Part shown: positions 1 through 7,232 of the stretch, piece after piece
How the letters are laid out: each line of letters begins with the position of its first letter
How positions within the stretch are numbered: position 1 is the stretch's first letter
Assembly: GCF_000023205.1 (NCBI RefSeq)
Contig: NC_012803.1
Coordinates: 1,200,001-1,232,000, forward strand
Reading direction: 5' to 3'
From: Micrococcus luteus NCTC 2665
GTDB lineage: Bacteria; Actinomycetota; Actinomycetes; Actinomycetales; Micrococcaceae
Length of the DNA: 32,000 nt
Notes under the pieces: generated by a model
What the model saw: the letters and a program-made list of their open reading frames with translations, nothing else
Databases searched by the model: none
What the model was told of the DNA's origin: nothing
Translations under genes and position numbers: made by a program

Positions 1-601
1 CGGCGGCATCGCCGCGGGCCGCACCGAGGTCGGCGTGGAGCTCGAGCGGCTGGGCGCCGTCGTCGTGGAGTTCGACGACCTGATGGGGGAGATCCTCGTG
101 CCCGGCAACCCCGTGCTCGAGGAGCTCCGCTCGGTCTTCGGCGAGGACATCGTCCGCGCGGACGGCACCCTGGACGCGCGCACCCTCAACCGGCTCACCA
201 CCGAGAGCTCGACCGCCCGGACGCGCATGTACGAGATCGTCTCCCCGGCGGTGCGCGACGAGGCGAACCGCCGGGCCCGCGAGGTCGGCGAGGACTCCGT
301 GCTGGTGGTCGACCTGGCCCTGCTGGCCGAGACCGGCTCCGAGCACGACTTCGATCAGGTGCTGGCCGTCTCTGCTCCCGCCGAGGTGCGTGTCGCCCGG
401 CTCATGGAGTCCCACGACATTTCCCGCGAGCGGGCCTGGGCCTTCATCGATGAGGAGGCGGTGGACGAGGAGCGGGCCGAGATCGCGGACACCGTGATCG
501 AGAACGACGGCTCGCTCGAGGACCTGCAGGAGGCCGTCCGGGCATACTGGGAGGCCAAGATCCAGCCTCAGCTCGAGGCCGCCCGAGGAGAGCGCGTATG
601 A
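1..601 (+). CDS. Dephospho-CoA kinase-like paralogue (5' end outside window; hallmark residues degenerate)
   Basis: Frame 2 is open from base 2 (GGIAAGRTEVG...), so track ORF 35..601 is only the tail of a gene that starts upstream. Collinear by eye with the adjacent CoaE: GGIAAGRT vs GGIAAGKS, LLAETG vs LLVETG, ADTVIENDG vs ADVVIVNDA. GC-rich third codon positions. Stop TGA 599-601 overlaps the next ATG (ATGA). Confidence 0.6.
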   Translation, partial: GGIAAGRTEVGVELERLGAVVVEFDDLMGEILVPGNPVLEELRSVFGEDIVRADGTLDARTLNRLTTESSTARTRMYEIVSPAVRDEANRRAREVGEDSVLVVDLALLAETGSEHDFDQVLAVSAPAEVRVARLMESHDISRERAWAFIDEEAVDEERAEIADTVIENDGSLEDLQEAVRAYWEAKIQPQLEAARGERV

Positions 602-1245
602 CCGAGACCGACCCGGTGGCCGAACGGCCGCGCGTCCATGTGGGCCTGACCGGCGGGATCGCCGCCGGCAAGTCCGCGGTGGCCCGTGTCCTGCAGGAGC
701 GTGGCGCGCTCCTGGTGGACTCGGACGCCCTTGCCCGGCTGGTCCTCGAGAAGGGCACCGACGGGCTGGCCGCCGTCCGGGACGAGTTCGGGGACCGCGT
801 CATCACCGCGGACGGTGAGCTCGACCGCGTCGAGATGGCCCGCATCGTCTTCGGGGACGAGGGTGCCCGACAGCGCCTGAACCGCATCGTGCACCCCCGG
901 ATCCGGGCTGCGGCCCGGCGCATCGTCGCCGAGGCCGGGCCGGACGCCGTCGTGGTGCAGGACGTACCGCTGCTGGTGGAGACCGGGCAGGCGGACGCGT
1001 TCGACCTCGTGATCGTGGTGGAGGCCCCGCTCGAGGAGCGTCTGCGCCGGATGGTGGAGGACCGCGGCATGAGCCGCGCGGACGCCGAGGCGCGGATCGC
1101 GGCCCAGGCCACGGACGAGCAGAGGCGCGCCGTCGCGGACGTCGTCATCGTCAACGACGCCGACCTCGGGCGGCTCGCGTCCGTGGCGAACCAGGTGTGG
1201 GACCGGTTCCTCGCCCCCGACGCGGCTGAGCCCTCGGCGGACTGA
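598..1245 (+). CDS. coaE: Dephospho-CoA kinase
   Basis: Full CoaE motif set: P-loop GLTGGIAAGKS, VDSD, IVHPRI, DVPLLVETG, RIAAQA, ADVVIVND. SD GAGGAG about 7 nt upstream of the ATG. Confidence 0.85.
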   Translation: MTETDPVAERPRVHVGLTGGIAAGKSAVARVLQERGALLVDSDALARLVLEKGTDGLAAVRDEFGDRVITADGELDRVEMARIVFGDEGARQRLNRIVHPRIRAAARRIVAEAGPDAVVVQDVPLLVETGQADAFDLVIVVEAPLEERLRRMVEDRGMSRADAEARIAAQATDEQRRAVADVVIVNDADLGRLASVANQVWDRFLAPDAAEPSAD

Positions 1246-1254
1246 CCGCCGGGA

Positions 1255-1276
1255 TGTCCGGGGCGCGACGTAGGGT
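1255..1276 (+). promoter_or_regulatory. RecA-NDp / PafBC-type DNA-damage promoter of uvrB (TGTCCGGG-N8-TAGGGT), leaderless
   Basis: TGTCCGGG 1255-1262, 8-nt spacer, TAGGGT 1271-1276, then 6 nt to the uvrB ATG at 1283. Fits the published mycobacterial motif tTGTCRgtg-N8-TAnnnT. Confidence 0.55.
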
Positions 1277-1282
1277 TCTGCC

Positions 1283-3412
1283 ATGAGCCTGGCCCAGAAG
1301 ATCAACCGCGTCGTCGCCCCGTTCGAGGTCATCTCCCCGTACCAGCCCTCCGGTGACCAGCCGAAGGCCATCGCCGAGCTCGCCGAGCGCGTGGAGGCGG
1401 GGGAGAAGGACGTCGTCCTGATGGGCGCCACCGGCACGGGCAAGTCGGCGACGACGGCGTGGCTCGTCGAGCGCCTCCAGCGGCCCACGCTGGTGATGGT
1501 GCAGAACAAGACGCTCGCCGCGCAGCTGGCCAACGAGTTCCGCGAGCTGCTGCCCAACAACGCGGTCGAGTACTTCGTCTCCTACTACGACTACTACCAG
1601 CCCGAGGCGTACGTCCCGCAGACGGACACCTTCATCGAGAAGGACTCCTCCATCAACGAGGAGGTCGAGCGGCTGCGCCACTCGGCCACGAACGCGCTGC
1701 TGACCCGGCGGGACGTGATCGTGGTGGCCACGGTCTCCTGCATCTACGGCCTCGGCACCCCCGAGGAGTACATCGAGCAGATGGTCACCCTGCGCCGCGG
1801 TGCGGAGATGGACCGGGACGTGCTCCTGCGGCGGTTCGTGCAGATGCAGTACGTGCGCAATGACGTCGACTTCCACCGCGGCACCTTCCGGGTGCGGGGG
1901 GACACCGTGGAGATCATCCCCATGTACGAGGAGCTCGCGGTGCGCATCGAGTTCTTCGGGGACGAGATCGAGTCCATCCAGACCCTGCACCCGCTCACCG
2001 GCCAGGTGGTGCGCGAGGAGGAGGAGATGTACATCTTCCCGGCCTCGCACTACGTGGCCGGCGACGAGCGCATGGGCCGGGCGATCACCACCATCGAGGA
2101 CGAGCTGCGGGAGCGGCTGCAGGAGCTGGAGTCCCAGGACAAGCTGCTCGAGGCGCAGCGGCTGCGCATGCGAACCACGTACGACCTCGAGATGATGCAG
2201 CAGATGGGCTACTGCAACGGCATCGAGAACTACTCGCGCCACATCGACGGCCGTCCCGCCGGCTCCGCCCCGCACTGCCTGCTGGACTACTTCCCGGACG
2301 ACTTCCTGCTCGTGGTGGACGAGTCCCACGTGACCATCCCGCAGATCGGCGCGATGTACGAGGGAGACATGTCCCGCAAGCGCACCCTCGTGGAGCACGG
2401 CTTCCGCCTGCCCTCGGCCATGGACAACCGCCCGCTGAAGTGGGACGAGTTCCTCGAGCGGATCGGGCAGACCGTGTACCTCTCCGCGACGCCGGGCGCC
2501 TACGAGCTCGGCCAGGCGGACGGCTATGTCGAGCAGATCATCCGGCCCACCGGCCTCGTGGACCCGCAGGTGGTGGTCAAGCCGACCGAGGGCCAGATCG
2601 ACGACCTGCTCGAGCAGATCCGCGTGCGCACGGCCAAGGACGAGCGCGTCCTGGTGACCACGCTGACCAAGCGCATGGCCGAGGACCTCACGGACTACCT
2701 GCTCGAGGCGGGGGTGAAGGTCGAGTACCTCCACTCGGATGTGGACACGCTGCGCCGCGTGGAGCTGCTGCGGGAGCTGCGCAAGGGCACCTTCGACGTG
2801 CTGGTGGGCATCAACCTGCTGCGCGAGGGCCTGGACCTGCCCGAGGTCTCGCTCGTGGCGATCCTGGACGCGGACAAGGAGGGCTTCCTGCGCTCCACCA
2901 CCTCCCTCATCCAGACCATCGGCCGCGCCGCCCGCAACGTGTCCGGCGAGGTCCACATGTACGCGGGCAACGTCACCGACTCCATGCGCCGGGCGATCGA
3001 GGAGACCGAGCGGCGCCGGGCCGTGCAGATCGCCTACAACGAGGAGCACGGGATCGACCCCCAGCCCCTGCGCAAGCGCATCGCGGACATCACGGACCAG
3101 CTGGCCCGGGAGGACGCGGACACCGCCGACTTCCTCAAGGGCATGGGCGGCGTGAAGTCCGGGTTCGACTTCGGCATGGGCCACCGCGGCCTCAGCTCGC
3201 TGGACCGGGCCCCGGCCACGGGGGAGGGTGCCGCGGCCCCGGCGGTGGACCCGGCGTCGCTGCCCGCCAAGGACCTGGCCGATCTGATCGAGCAGATGTC
3301 GCAGCAGATGCACCAGGCGGCAGCGGACCTGCAGTTCGAGCTCGCGGCCCGCCTGCGCGATGAGGTCGGCGAGCTCAAGAAGGAGCTGCGGCAGATGAAG
3401 CGGGAGCAGTGA
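1283..3412 (+). CDS. uvrB: Excinuclease ABC subunit B
   Basis: 709 aa. Walker [11 protein letters not shown], beta-hairpin region [18 protein letters not shown], helicase motif [12 protein letters not shown]-terminal UVR domain [12 protein letters not shown]. Confidence 0.97.
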   Translation: MSLAQKINRVVAPFEVISPYQPSGDQPKAIAELAERVEAGEKDVVLMGATGTGKSATTAWLVERLQRPTLVMVQNKTLAAQLANEFRELLPNNAVEYFVSYYDYYQPEAYVPQTDTFIEKDSSINEEVERLRHSATNALLTRRDVIVVATVSCIYGLGTPEEYIEQMVTLRRGAEMDRDVLLRRFVQMQYVRNDVDFHRGTFRVRGDTVEIIPMYEELAVRIEFFGDEIESIQTLHPLTGQVVREEEEMYIFPASHYVAGDERMGRAITTIEDELRERLQELESQDKLLEAQRLRMRTTYDLEMMQQMGYCNGIENYSRHIDGRPAGSAPHCLLDYFPDDFLLVVDESHVTIPQIGAMYEGDMSRKRTLVEHGFRLPSAMDNRPLKWDEFLERIGQTVYLSATPGAYELGQADGYVEQIIRPTGLVDPQVVVKPTEGQIDDLLEQIRVRTAKDERVLVTTLTKRMAEDLTDYLLEAGVKVEYLHSDVDTLRRVELLRELRKGTFDVLVGINLLREGLDLPEVSLVAILDADKEGFLRSTTSLIQTIGRAARNVSGEVHMYAGNVTDSMRRAIEETERRRAVQIAYNEEHGIDPQPLRKRIADITDQLAREDADTADFLKGMGGVKSGFDFGMGHRGLSSLDRAPATGEGAAAPAVDPASLPAKDLADLIEQMSQQMHQAAADLQFELAARLRDEVGELKKELRQMKREQ

Positions 3413-3415
3413 CCA

Positions 3416-3438
3416 CCCGGCGCGTTCCGCGCCCCGGG
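3416..3438 (+). terminator. Weak hairpin after uvrB (GGCGCG-ttc-CGCGCC flanked by CCC/GGG)
   Basis: Short GC stem starting 4 nt after the uvrB stop, followed by an AT-rich stretch. Imperfect. Confidence 0.3.
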
Positions 3439-3450
3439 CTGTTATGAAAA

Positions 3451-3483
3451 CACTGATGAACGTCGTCATATCAGTGATAGTGT
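3451..3483 (+). promoter_or_regulatory. Palindromic operator (CACTGAT-N12-ATCAGTG) overlapping an extended -10 (TGaTAGTGT) of the satD-like gene
   Basis: Perfect 7-bp inverted repeat at 3451-3457 / 3470-3476, with an inner ATGA/TCAT complement. TGn+TAGTGT at 3475-3483 lies 6 nt before the ATG at 3490 (leaderless geometry). Most AT-rich stretch I can see in the window. Confidence 0.45.
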
Positions 3484-3489
3484 GACGCC

Positions 3490-4128
3490 ATGAGCGCAGC
3501 ACCCCCGGTCGCGGCCGTGATCGCGGACATCGTCGGCTCCCGCGCCCTCCCGGACCGGGACCGCGCGCAGGAGCAGATCCTGGCCGCCTTCGCGGCCGCG
3601 GAACAGGACGTCCCGCCGCTGCGTCCCGCCTGGGCCAGCGTCGGCGACGAGTTCCAGGCGCTGCACCGCACCTGGCCGGACGCGCTCCGGCTGACCGTCC
3701 GCGTCACGCTCGCCCTGCCCCCGGGCCTCGACCTGCGCTTCGGGATCGGCCTGGGGCAGCGGCGGGCCCTGGACGCCGGCGGAGACGGCATCGAGGACGG
3801 CACGGCCTGGTATCGGGCCCGCGAGGCCGTCGAGCGCGCCCACGAGCGGGCCGCCGGCGCCGCGACCGCCTTCCGTGCCGCGGACCCGTCCCTCACCGCC
3901 GCCGTGGACGGGCTCGTCCTGCTGCGCGACCACGTCCTCGGTCGGCTCAAGGCCCGCGAACGCCGGATCGCCGCCGCCCTGCTGGGCGGGGCGACCCAGG
4001 CGGAGGCCGCACGGGCGGAGCGGATCACGCAGTCCGCGGTGTCGCAGGCCGTCGCGCGGTCCGGAATCGACCGGCTGCTCGAGCTTGACGACGAGCTCGC
4101 CGCCGCGGCGACGGAGGTCGCGCCGTGA
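3490..4128 (+). CDS. SatD-family-like protein: cyclase-homology-like N-terminal domain plus C-terminal HTH
   Basis: 212 aa with GC3-rich codons. Motifs IADIVGSR, VGDEFQAL (the DEF motif I associate with the SatD family) and LRFGIGLG. C-terminal HTH GATQAEAARAERITQSAVSQAVARSG. Family assignment is from memory and was not searched. Confidence 0.65.
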   Translation: MSAAPPVAAVIADIVGSRALPDRDRAQEQILAAFAAAEQDVPPLRPAWASVGDEFQALHRTWPDALRLTVRVTLALPPGLDLRFGIGLGQRRALDAGGDGIEDGTAWYRAREAVERAHERAAGAATAFRAADPSLTAAVDGLVLLRDHVLGRLKARERRIAAALLGGATQAEAARAERITQSAVSQAVARSGIDRLLELDDELAAAATEVAP

Positions 4129-4889
4129 CCGCCCTCGCACTGCTCGCCCTGGGGCTGCACGACCTGCTCGACGCCGTCCTGCCGGGCGCCTGGCCCGCCC
4201 CCCGGCGGCGGTGGCTGGCCCGGGCCGGCGCGGCCGTGGCCGCCGCCCTCGCCGCGGTGCTGGTGGCTGTCCTGGTGCCGACCGGCATGTCCATCGCGGT
4301 GGGCGGCGGCCTGGTGGCCCTCGGCCTGCTGATGGGCTGGACATGGCTGCACCCGGACCGGCCGCTCGGGGTGGTCGCGGTGGTGGCCGCGGTCGGCCTC
4401 GTGGCCGTGCTCGAGTCGACCCTGGCGCCCGCGGGCCTGCGCTCCGCGCCCCCGGCCCTCACGCTGCTGGCGGTGGCGGTGGCGCTGACCGAGACCGGCA
4501 ACCGGGTCACCCGCGCGGTCCTCGCCCTGGCGGGCCGGCCCGCCGACGGGGGCGAAGAGGAGGCGGAGGCCCCCGCGGCGGAGCACGCGACCGTGCCGTC
4601 CGCCGCGCCCACGGACGCCGCGGCCGACGGCCTGCGCGGCGGCCGCTACATCGGGACCATGGAGCGGCTGCTCATGGTCGTGCTGGGGCTCGCGCAGGCC
4701 TATCCGGTGATCGCGGCCCTGATGGCGGCCAAGGGCATCGTGCGCTTCCCGGAGATCTCGGCGGACCGCGGAGCCGGCTCGCGCGCGGAGGAGTTCCTCA
4801 TCGGCTCCCTCGCCAGCTGGGGCCTGGCCGCCGCCGGCGCCGTCGTCGTCTGGCTCGCCCTCGGCTTGACCGCCCCCGGCGCAGCCTGA
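4125..4889 (+). CDS. Polytopic membrane protein, DUF3307-like (SatD partner)
   Basis: 254 aa. GTG start overlaps the satD-like stop (GTGA). Several Ala/Leu/Val-rich TM segments, N-terminal GLHDLLD, a central acidic/Ala linker, then GGRYIGTMERL...KGIVRFPE. DUF3307 resemblance is from memory. Confidence 0.65.
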   Translation: MTALALLALGLHDLLDAVLPGAWPAPRRRWLARAGAAVAAALAAVLVAVLVPTGMSIAVGGGLVALGLLMGWTWLHPDRPLGVVAVVAAVGLVAVLESTLAPAGLRSAPPALTLLAVAVALTETGNRVTRAVLALAGRPADGGEEEAEAPAAEHATVPSAAPTDAAADGLRGGRYIGTMERLLMVVLGLAQAYPVIAALMAAKGIVRFPEISADRGAGSRAEEFLIGSLASWGLAAAGAVVVWLALGLTAPGAA

Positions 4890-4930
4890 GACCGGGCCCA
4901 CCCGCATCCGCGCGCGGGGCCGCACCCGTC

Positions 4931-4936
4931 TAGACT
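4931..4936 (+). promoter_or_regulatory. -10 element TAGACT upstream of TerC copy 1
   Basis: TAnnnT hexamer 35 nt upstream of the GTG at 4972. The same TAGACTG heptamer recurs at 5757 and 23734 in front of other genes. Confidence 0.35.
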
Positions 4937-4971
4937 GGCGCGGCCCCCACGAAAGGAACCCCTCCAAGGAC

Positions 4972-5904
4972 GTGCTCAGTCCCGCCTTCGAGACCACGAC
5001 CCTTGTGGTCCTCGGCGTCATCCTCCTGCTTGACCTGCTGTACGTCGCGCGCCGCCCCCACGAGCCCTCCATGAAGGAGGCCGGCCTGTGGATCGGGTTC
5101 TACGTGGCGCTGGCGCTGGTCTTCGCGGCGCTGGTCTTCGCGGGGCTGCTCTTCGCCCTGGGCGATGCGCAGCACGGCACCGAGTTCCTCGCCGGCTGGG
5201 TCACCGAGTACAGCCTCAGCGTGGACAACCTGTTCGTGTTCCTCATCATCATGGCCAAGTTCCAGGTGCCCCGCCGCCACCGGCAGGAGGTGCTGATGGT
5301 GGGCATCATCATCGCGCTGATCGCCCGCGCGGTGTTCATCGCGGTCGGCGCCGTCGCCATCGAGCACCTGACGTGGGTGTTCTACATCTTCGGCGCCTTC
5401 CTGCTCTGGACCGCCTGGCAGCAGCTCAAGGACGACGGCGGGGACGAGGAGTCCGAGCCGGGTGTCGTGGCCCGCCTGACCCGCCGCCTCAACGTGGCGC
5501 CGGACTACGACGGCAACCGACTGCGCACCACCGTGGACGGCCGGCGCATGTTCACCCCCATGGTGGTCGTGTTCATCACGATCGGCCTGACGGACGTGAT
5601 GTTCGCGGTGGACTCCATCCCGGCGATCTTCGGCCTCACCCAGAACTGGTTCATCGTCCTGACCGCCAACATCTTCGCCCTCATGGGCCTGCGTCAGCGG
5701 GCCCGACGACGCCCCGCTCCGCCCGCCGCGGGTCGGGGCGTCGTCGTGCGACGGGGTAGACTGACCGGCGACGTAGGGGAGTATCCCGAACACTGTGGAC
5801 GTCAGCACGCCGCGGCCGCCGAGAGCGCGCCGCCGGCCGGACACAGGGGCCCGGGCCGCGGTCGCGGCGGGCGGAGAGACTTGCGGCACCGTCCTGACCC
5901 CTGA
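4972..5904 (+). CDS. TerC-family membrane protein, C-terminally truncated (probable pseudogene / remnant)
   Basis: SD AAGGA before the GTG. TerC motifs SVDNLFVF and AVDSIPAIFG. Collinear with the downstream TerC up to MGLRQ (codon 242, ends at 5697). After that comes an Arg/Pro/Gly-rich tail that reads through a hairpin, a promoter and the riboswitch to the stop at 5902-5904. Confidence 0.6.
   Translation: MLSPAFETTTLVVLGVILLLDLLYVARRPHEPSMKEAGLWIGFYVALALVFAALVFAGLLFALGDAQHGTEFLAGWVTEYSLSVDNLFVFLIIMAKFQVPRRHRQEVLMVGIIIALIARAVFIAVGAVAIEHLTWVFYIFGAFLLWTAWQQLKDDGGDEESEPGVVARLTRRLNVAPDYDGNRLRTTVDGRRMFTPMVVVFITIGLTDVMFAVDSIPAIFGLTQNWFIVLTANIFALMGLRQRARRRPAPPAAGRGVVVRRGRLTGDVGEYPEHCGRQHAAAAESAPPAGHRGPGRGRGGRRDLRHRPDP
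5704..5746 (+). terminator. 13-bp perfect GC hairpin (CGACGACGCCCCG / CGGGGCGTCGTCG)
   Basis: Perfect inverted repeat 5704-5716 / 5734-5746 with a partly self-pairing 17-nt loop. Starts 7 nt after TerC homology ends in copy 1. No U-tract, which is common for actinobacterial terminators. Confidence 0.5.
5757..5762 (+). promoter_or_regulatory. -10 element TAGACT driving the riboswitch/TerC copy 2 transcript
   Basis: TAnnnT hexamer immediately upstream of the riboswitch-like element. Confidence 0.4.
5768..5895 (+). promoter_or_regulatory. Candidate yybP-ykoY (Mn2+) riboswitch
   Basis: GGGGAGTA at 5776-5783 (L1-like). GGACACAG at 5840-5847, a GC hairpin around 5850-5872, then GGAGAGACTTGC at 5873-5884 (L3-like). 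5772-5777 can pair with 5880-5885 as P1. Sits directly upstream of a TerC gene, a classic regulated gene class for this riboswitch. Confidence 0.6.
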
Positions 5905-5920
5905 CGCCGAGAGGTGACCC

Positions 5921-7180
5921 GTGGAAATCAACGGCCTGACCTGGGGCCTGACGATCGCGCTGATCGTCGGGCTCCTCGCGTTCGACTACTTCGCCCATGT
6001 CCGCAAGGCGCACACGCCGTCGATCCGGGAGGCCGCGATCTGGTCCGGCGTCTACGTCGGCCTCGCGCTCGTCTTCGGCCTCGTGTTCTTCGCCTTCGGC
6101 GACACCCAGCACGCGGTCGAGTACTACACCGGCTACCTGCTGGAGAAGGCGCTCAGCGTCGACAACCTGTTCGTCTTCCTGGTGATCATGGCCAGCTTCC
6201 GCGTGCCCCGCGACTACCAGCAGAAGGTGCTGCTGTTCGGCATCACGTTCGCGCTGATCTCGCGCACCTTGTTCATCCTGCTGGGCGCCGCCGTGATCTC
6301 CGCCTGGTCCGACGTCTTCTACCTCTTCGGCATCCTCCTGCTCGTCATCGCCGGCGGACAGCTCAAGGGCGAGATGACCGGCGACGCCGAGGGCGCCCAG
6401 GACGAGGCGGACAACGTGATGGTCCGCCTGGTCAAGCGGTTCCTGCCCGCCTCCGACCAGTTCGACGGCGACCGGCTCTTCACGACGGTGGACGGCAAGC
6501 GCCTCATGACGCCGATGCTGCTCGTGATGATCGCGATCGGCGCCACCGACGTGCTGTTCGCCTTCGACTCGATCCCGGCGATCTTCGGCGTGACCCAGGA
6601 GGCGTACATCGTCTTCACCGCCACGGCGTTCTCGCTCATGGGCCTGCGCCAGCTGTACTTCCTCATCGACGGCCTCCTGGACCGGCTCGTGTACCTCGCG
6701 TACGGCCTCGCCGCCCTGCTCGGGTTCATCGGCGTGAAGCTGATCCTGCACGCCCTGCACGAGAACAACCTGCCGTTCATCAACGGCGGCGAGAACGTGC
6801 CCGTCGTCGAGATCCCCACGACGCTGTCCCTCGTGGTCGTCGTCGTGATCCTGGCCATCACCGTGGCGATCTCCCTGGCCTCGCCGAAGGGCCAGGCCCT
6901 GCGGGCGCTGCAGAACGCCGAGAAGTACTCGTACCGCTACTCGAAGCTGCCCGAGGACGCCGACCCGGCCGAGCGCGAGCGAGCCGCCGCCCTGATGGAC
7001 CGCTGGACGGCCCGGGCCGAGGCCCTGGACCAGCGCTGGCGCGACCAGCTGCTCGAGCACAAGGACGCGTGGTCGGCCATCATCCGCACGGCCCACGAGA
7101 CCCGGCTCGCCGATCCCCGTGACGACGACGCGCGCGGGGTCTCCGAGCAGATCGTGCGGCAGGACGGGCCCACCGTCTGA
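5921..7180 (+). CDS. TerC-family integral membrane protein (full length, long cytoplasmic C-terminal tail)
   Basis: 419 aa. SD GAGAGG 6 nt before the GTG. Motifs SVDNLFVFLVIM, AFDSIPAIFGVT, MGLRQLYFLIDGLLDRLVYL. About 100 aa of charged tail. Confidence 0.9.
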   Translation: MEINGLTWGLTIALIVGLLAFDYFAHVRKAHTPSIREAAIWSGVYVGLALVFGLVFFAFGDTQHAVEYYTGYLLEKALSVDNLFVFLVIMASFRVPRDYQQKVLLFGITFALISRTLFILLGAAVISAWSDVFYLFGILLLVIAGGQLKGEMTGDAEGAQDEADNVMVRLVKRFLPASDQFDGDRLFTTVDGKRLMTPMLLVMIAIGATDVLFAFDSIPAIFGVTQEAYIVFTATAFSLMGLRQLYFLIDGLLDRLVYLAYGLAALLGFIGVKLILHALHENNLPFINGGENVPVVEIPTTLSLVVVVVILAITVAISLASPKGQALRALQNAEKYSYRYSKLPEDADPAERERAAALMDRWTARAEALDQRWRDQLLEHKDAWSAIIRTAHETRLADPRDDDARGVSEQIVRQDGPTV

Positions 7181-7189
7181 ACCGATCAC

Positions 7190-7217
7190 GGCGCCGGGGG
7201 AGCACTCCGCCGGCGCC
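7190..7217. terminator. Bidirectional hairpin between convergent TerC and hydrolase genes
   Basis: GGCGCCGG 7190-7197 pairs with CCGGCGCC 7210-7217. Confidence 0.4.
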
Positions 7218-7232
7218 CGGGCCCCGGGCCGG

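Noticed and set aside
3458-3469. GAAC-containing spacer (GAACGTCGTCAT) considered as a LexA/SOS box next to uvrB. TCGAAC half-sites at about 9421, 9451, 9491 and 12470 were also looked at.
   Set aside because: None has the matching GTTCGA half at 4-nt spacing required by the actinobacterial SOS-box consensus TCGAAC-N4-GTTCGA.
3444-3485. 13-codon mini-ORF MKTLMNVVISVIV made of locally rare codons (AAA, ACA, ATA x2, TCA), just upstream of the satD-like gene.
   Set aside because: It has no SD and no -10 upstream. It lies on top of the predicted operator and -10 of the downstream gene, so the AT-richness is better explained by promoter/operator function. It would only deserve a second look if ribosome profiling shows occupancy.
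1151-3502. 783-aa ORF on the - strand.
   Set aside because: It is exactly antisense to uvrB, which has unmistakable helicase and UVR motifs. The translation is Arg/Gly/Leu/His-rich low complexity with no recognisable motif. This is the typical stop-codon-poor antisense frame of a high-GC genome.
5113-5142. Perfect 15-bp tandem duplication, considered as a repeat array.
   Set aside because: It has only two copies, is in frame and lies inside the TerC copy 1 coding sequence. It is a slipped-strand duplication, reported under the TerC finding, not a CRISPR or VNTR-type element.
3466-7189. Long - strand ORFs 3466..4344, 3471..5072, 4930..5931 and 5681..7189, plus + strand alternative frames 3875..4933 and 5914..7122.
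   Set aside because: All overlap the satD-like, DUF3307-like and TerC genes, whose frames show family motifs, TM-helix periodicity and GC3 bias. The alternatives are Arg/Gly/Pro low complexity.
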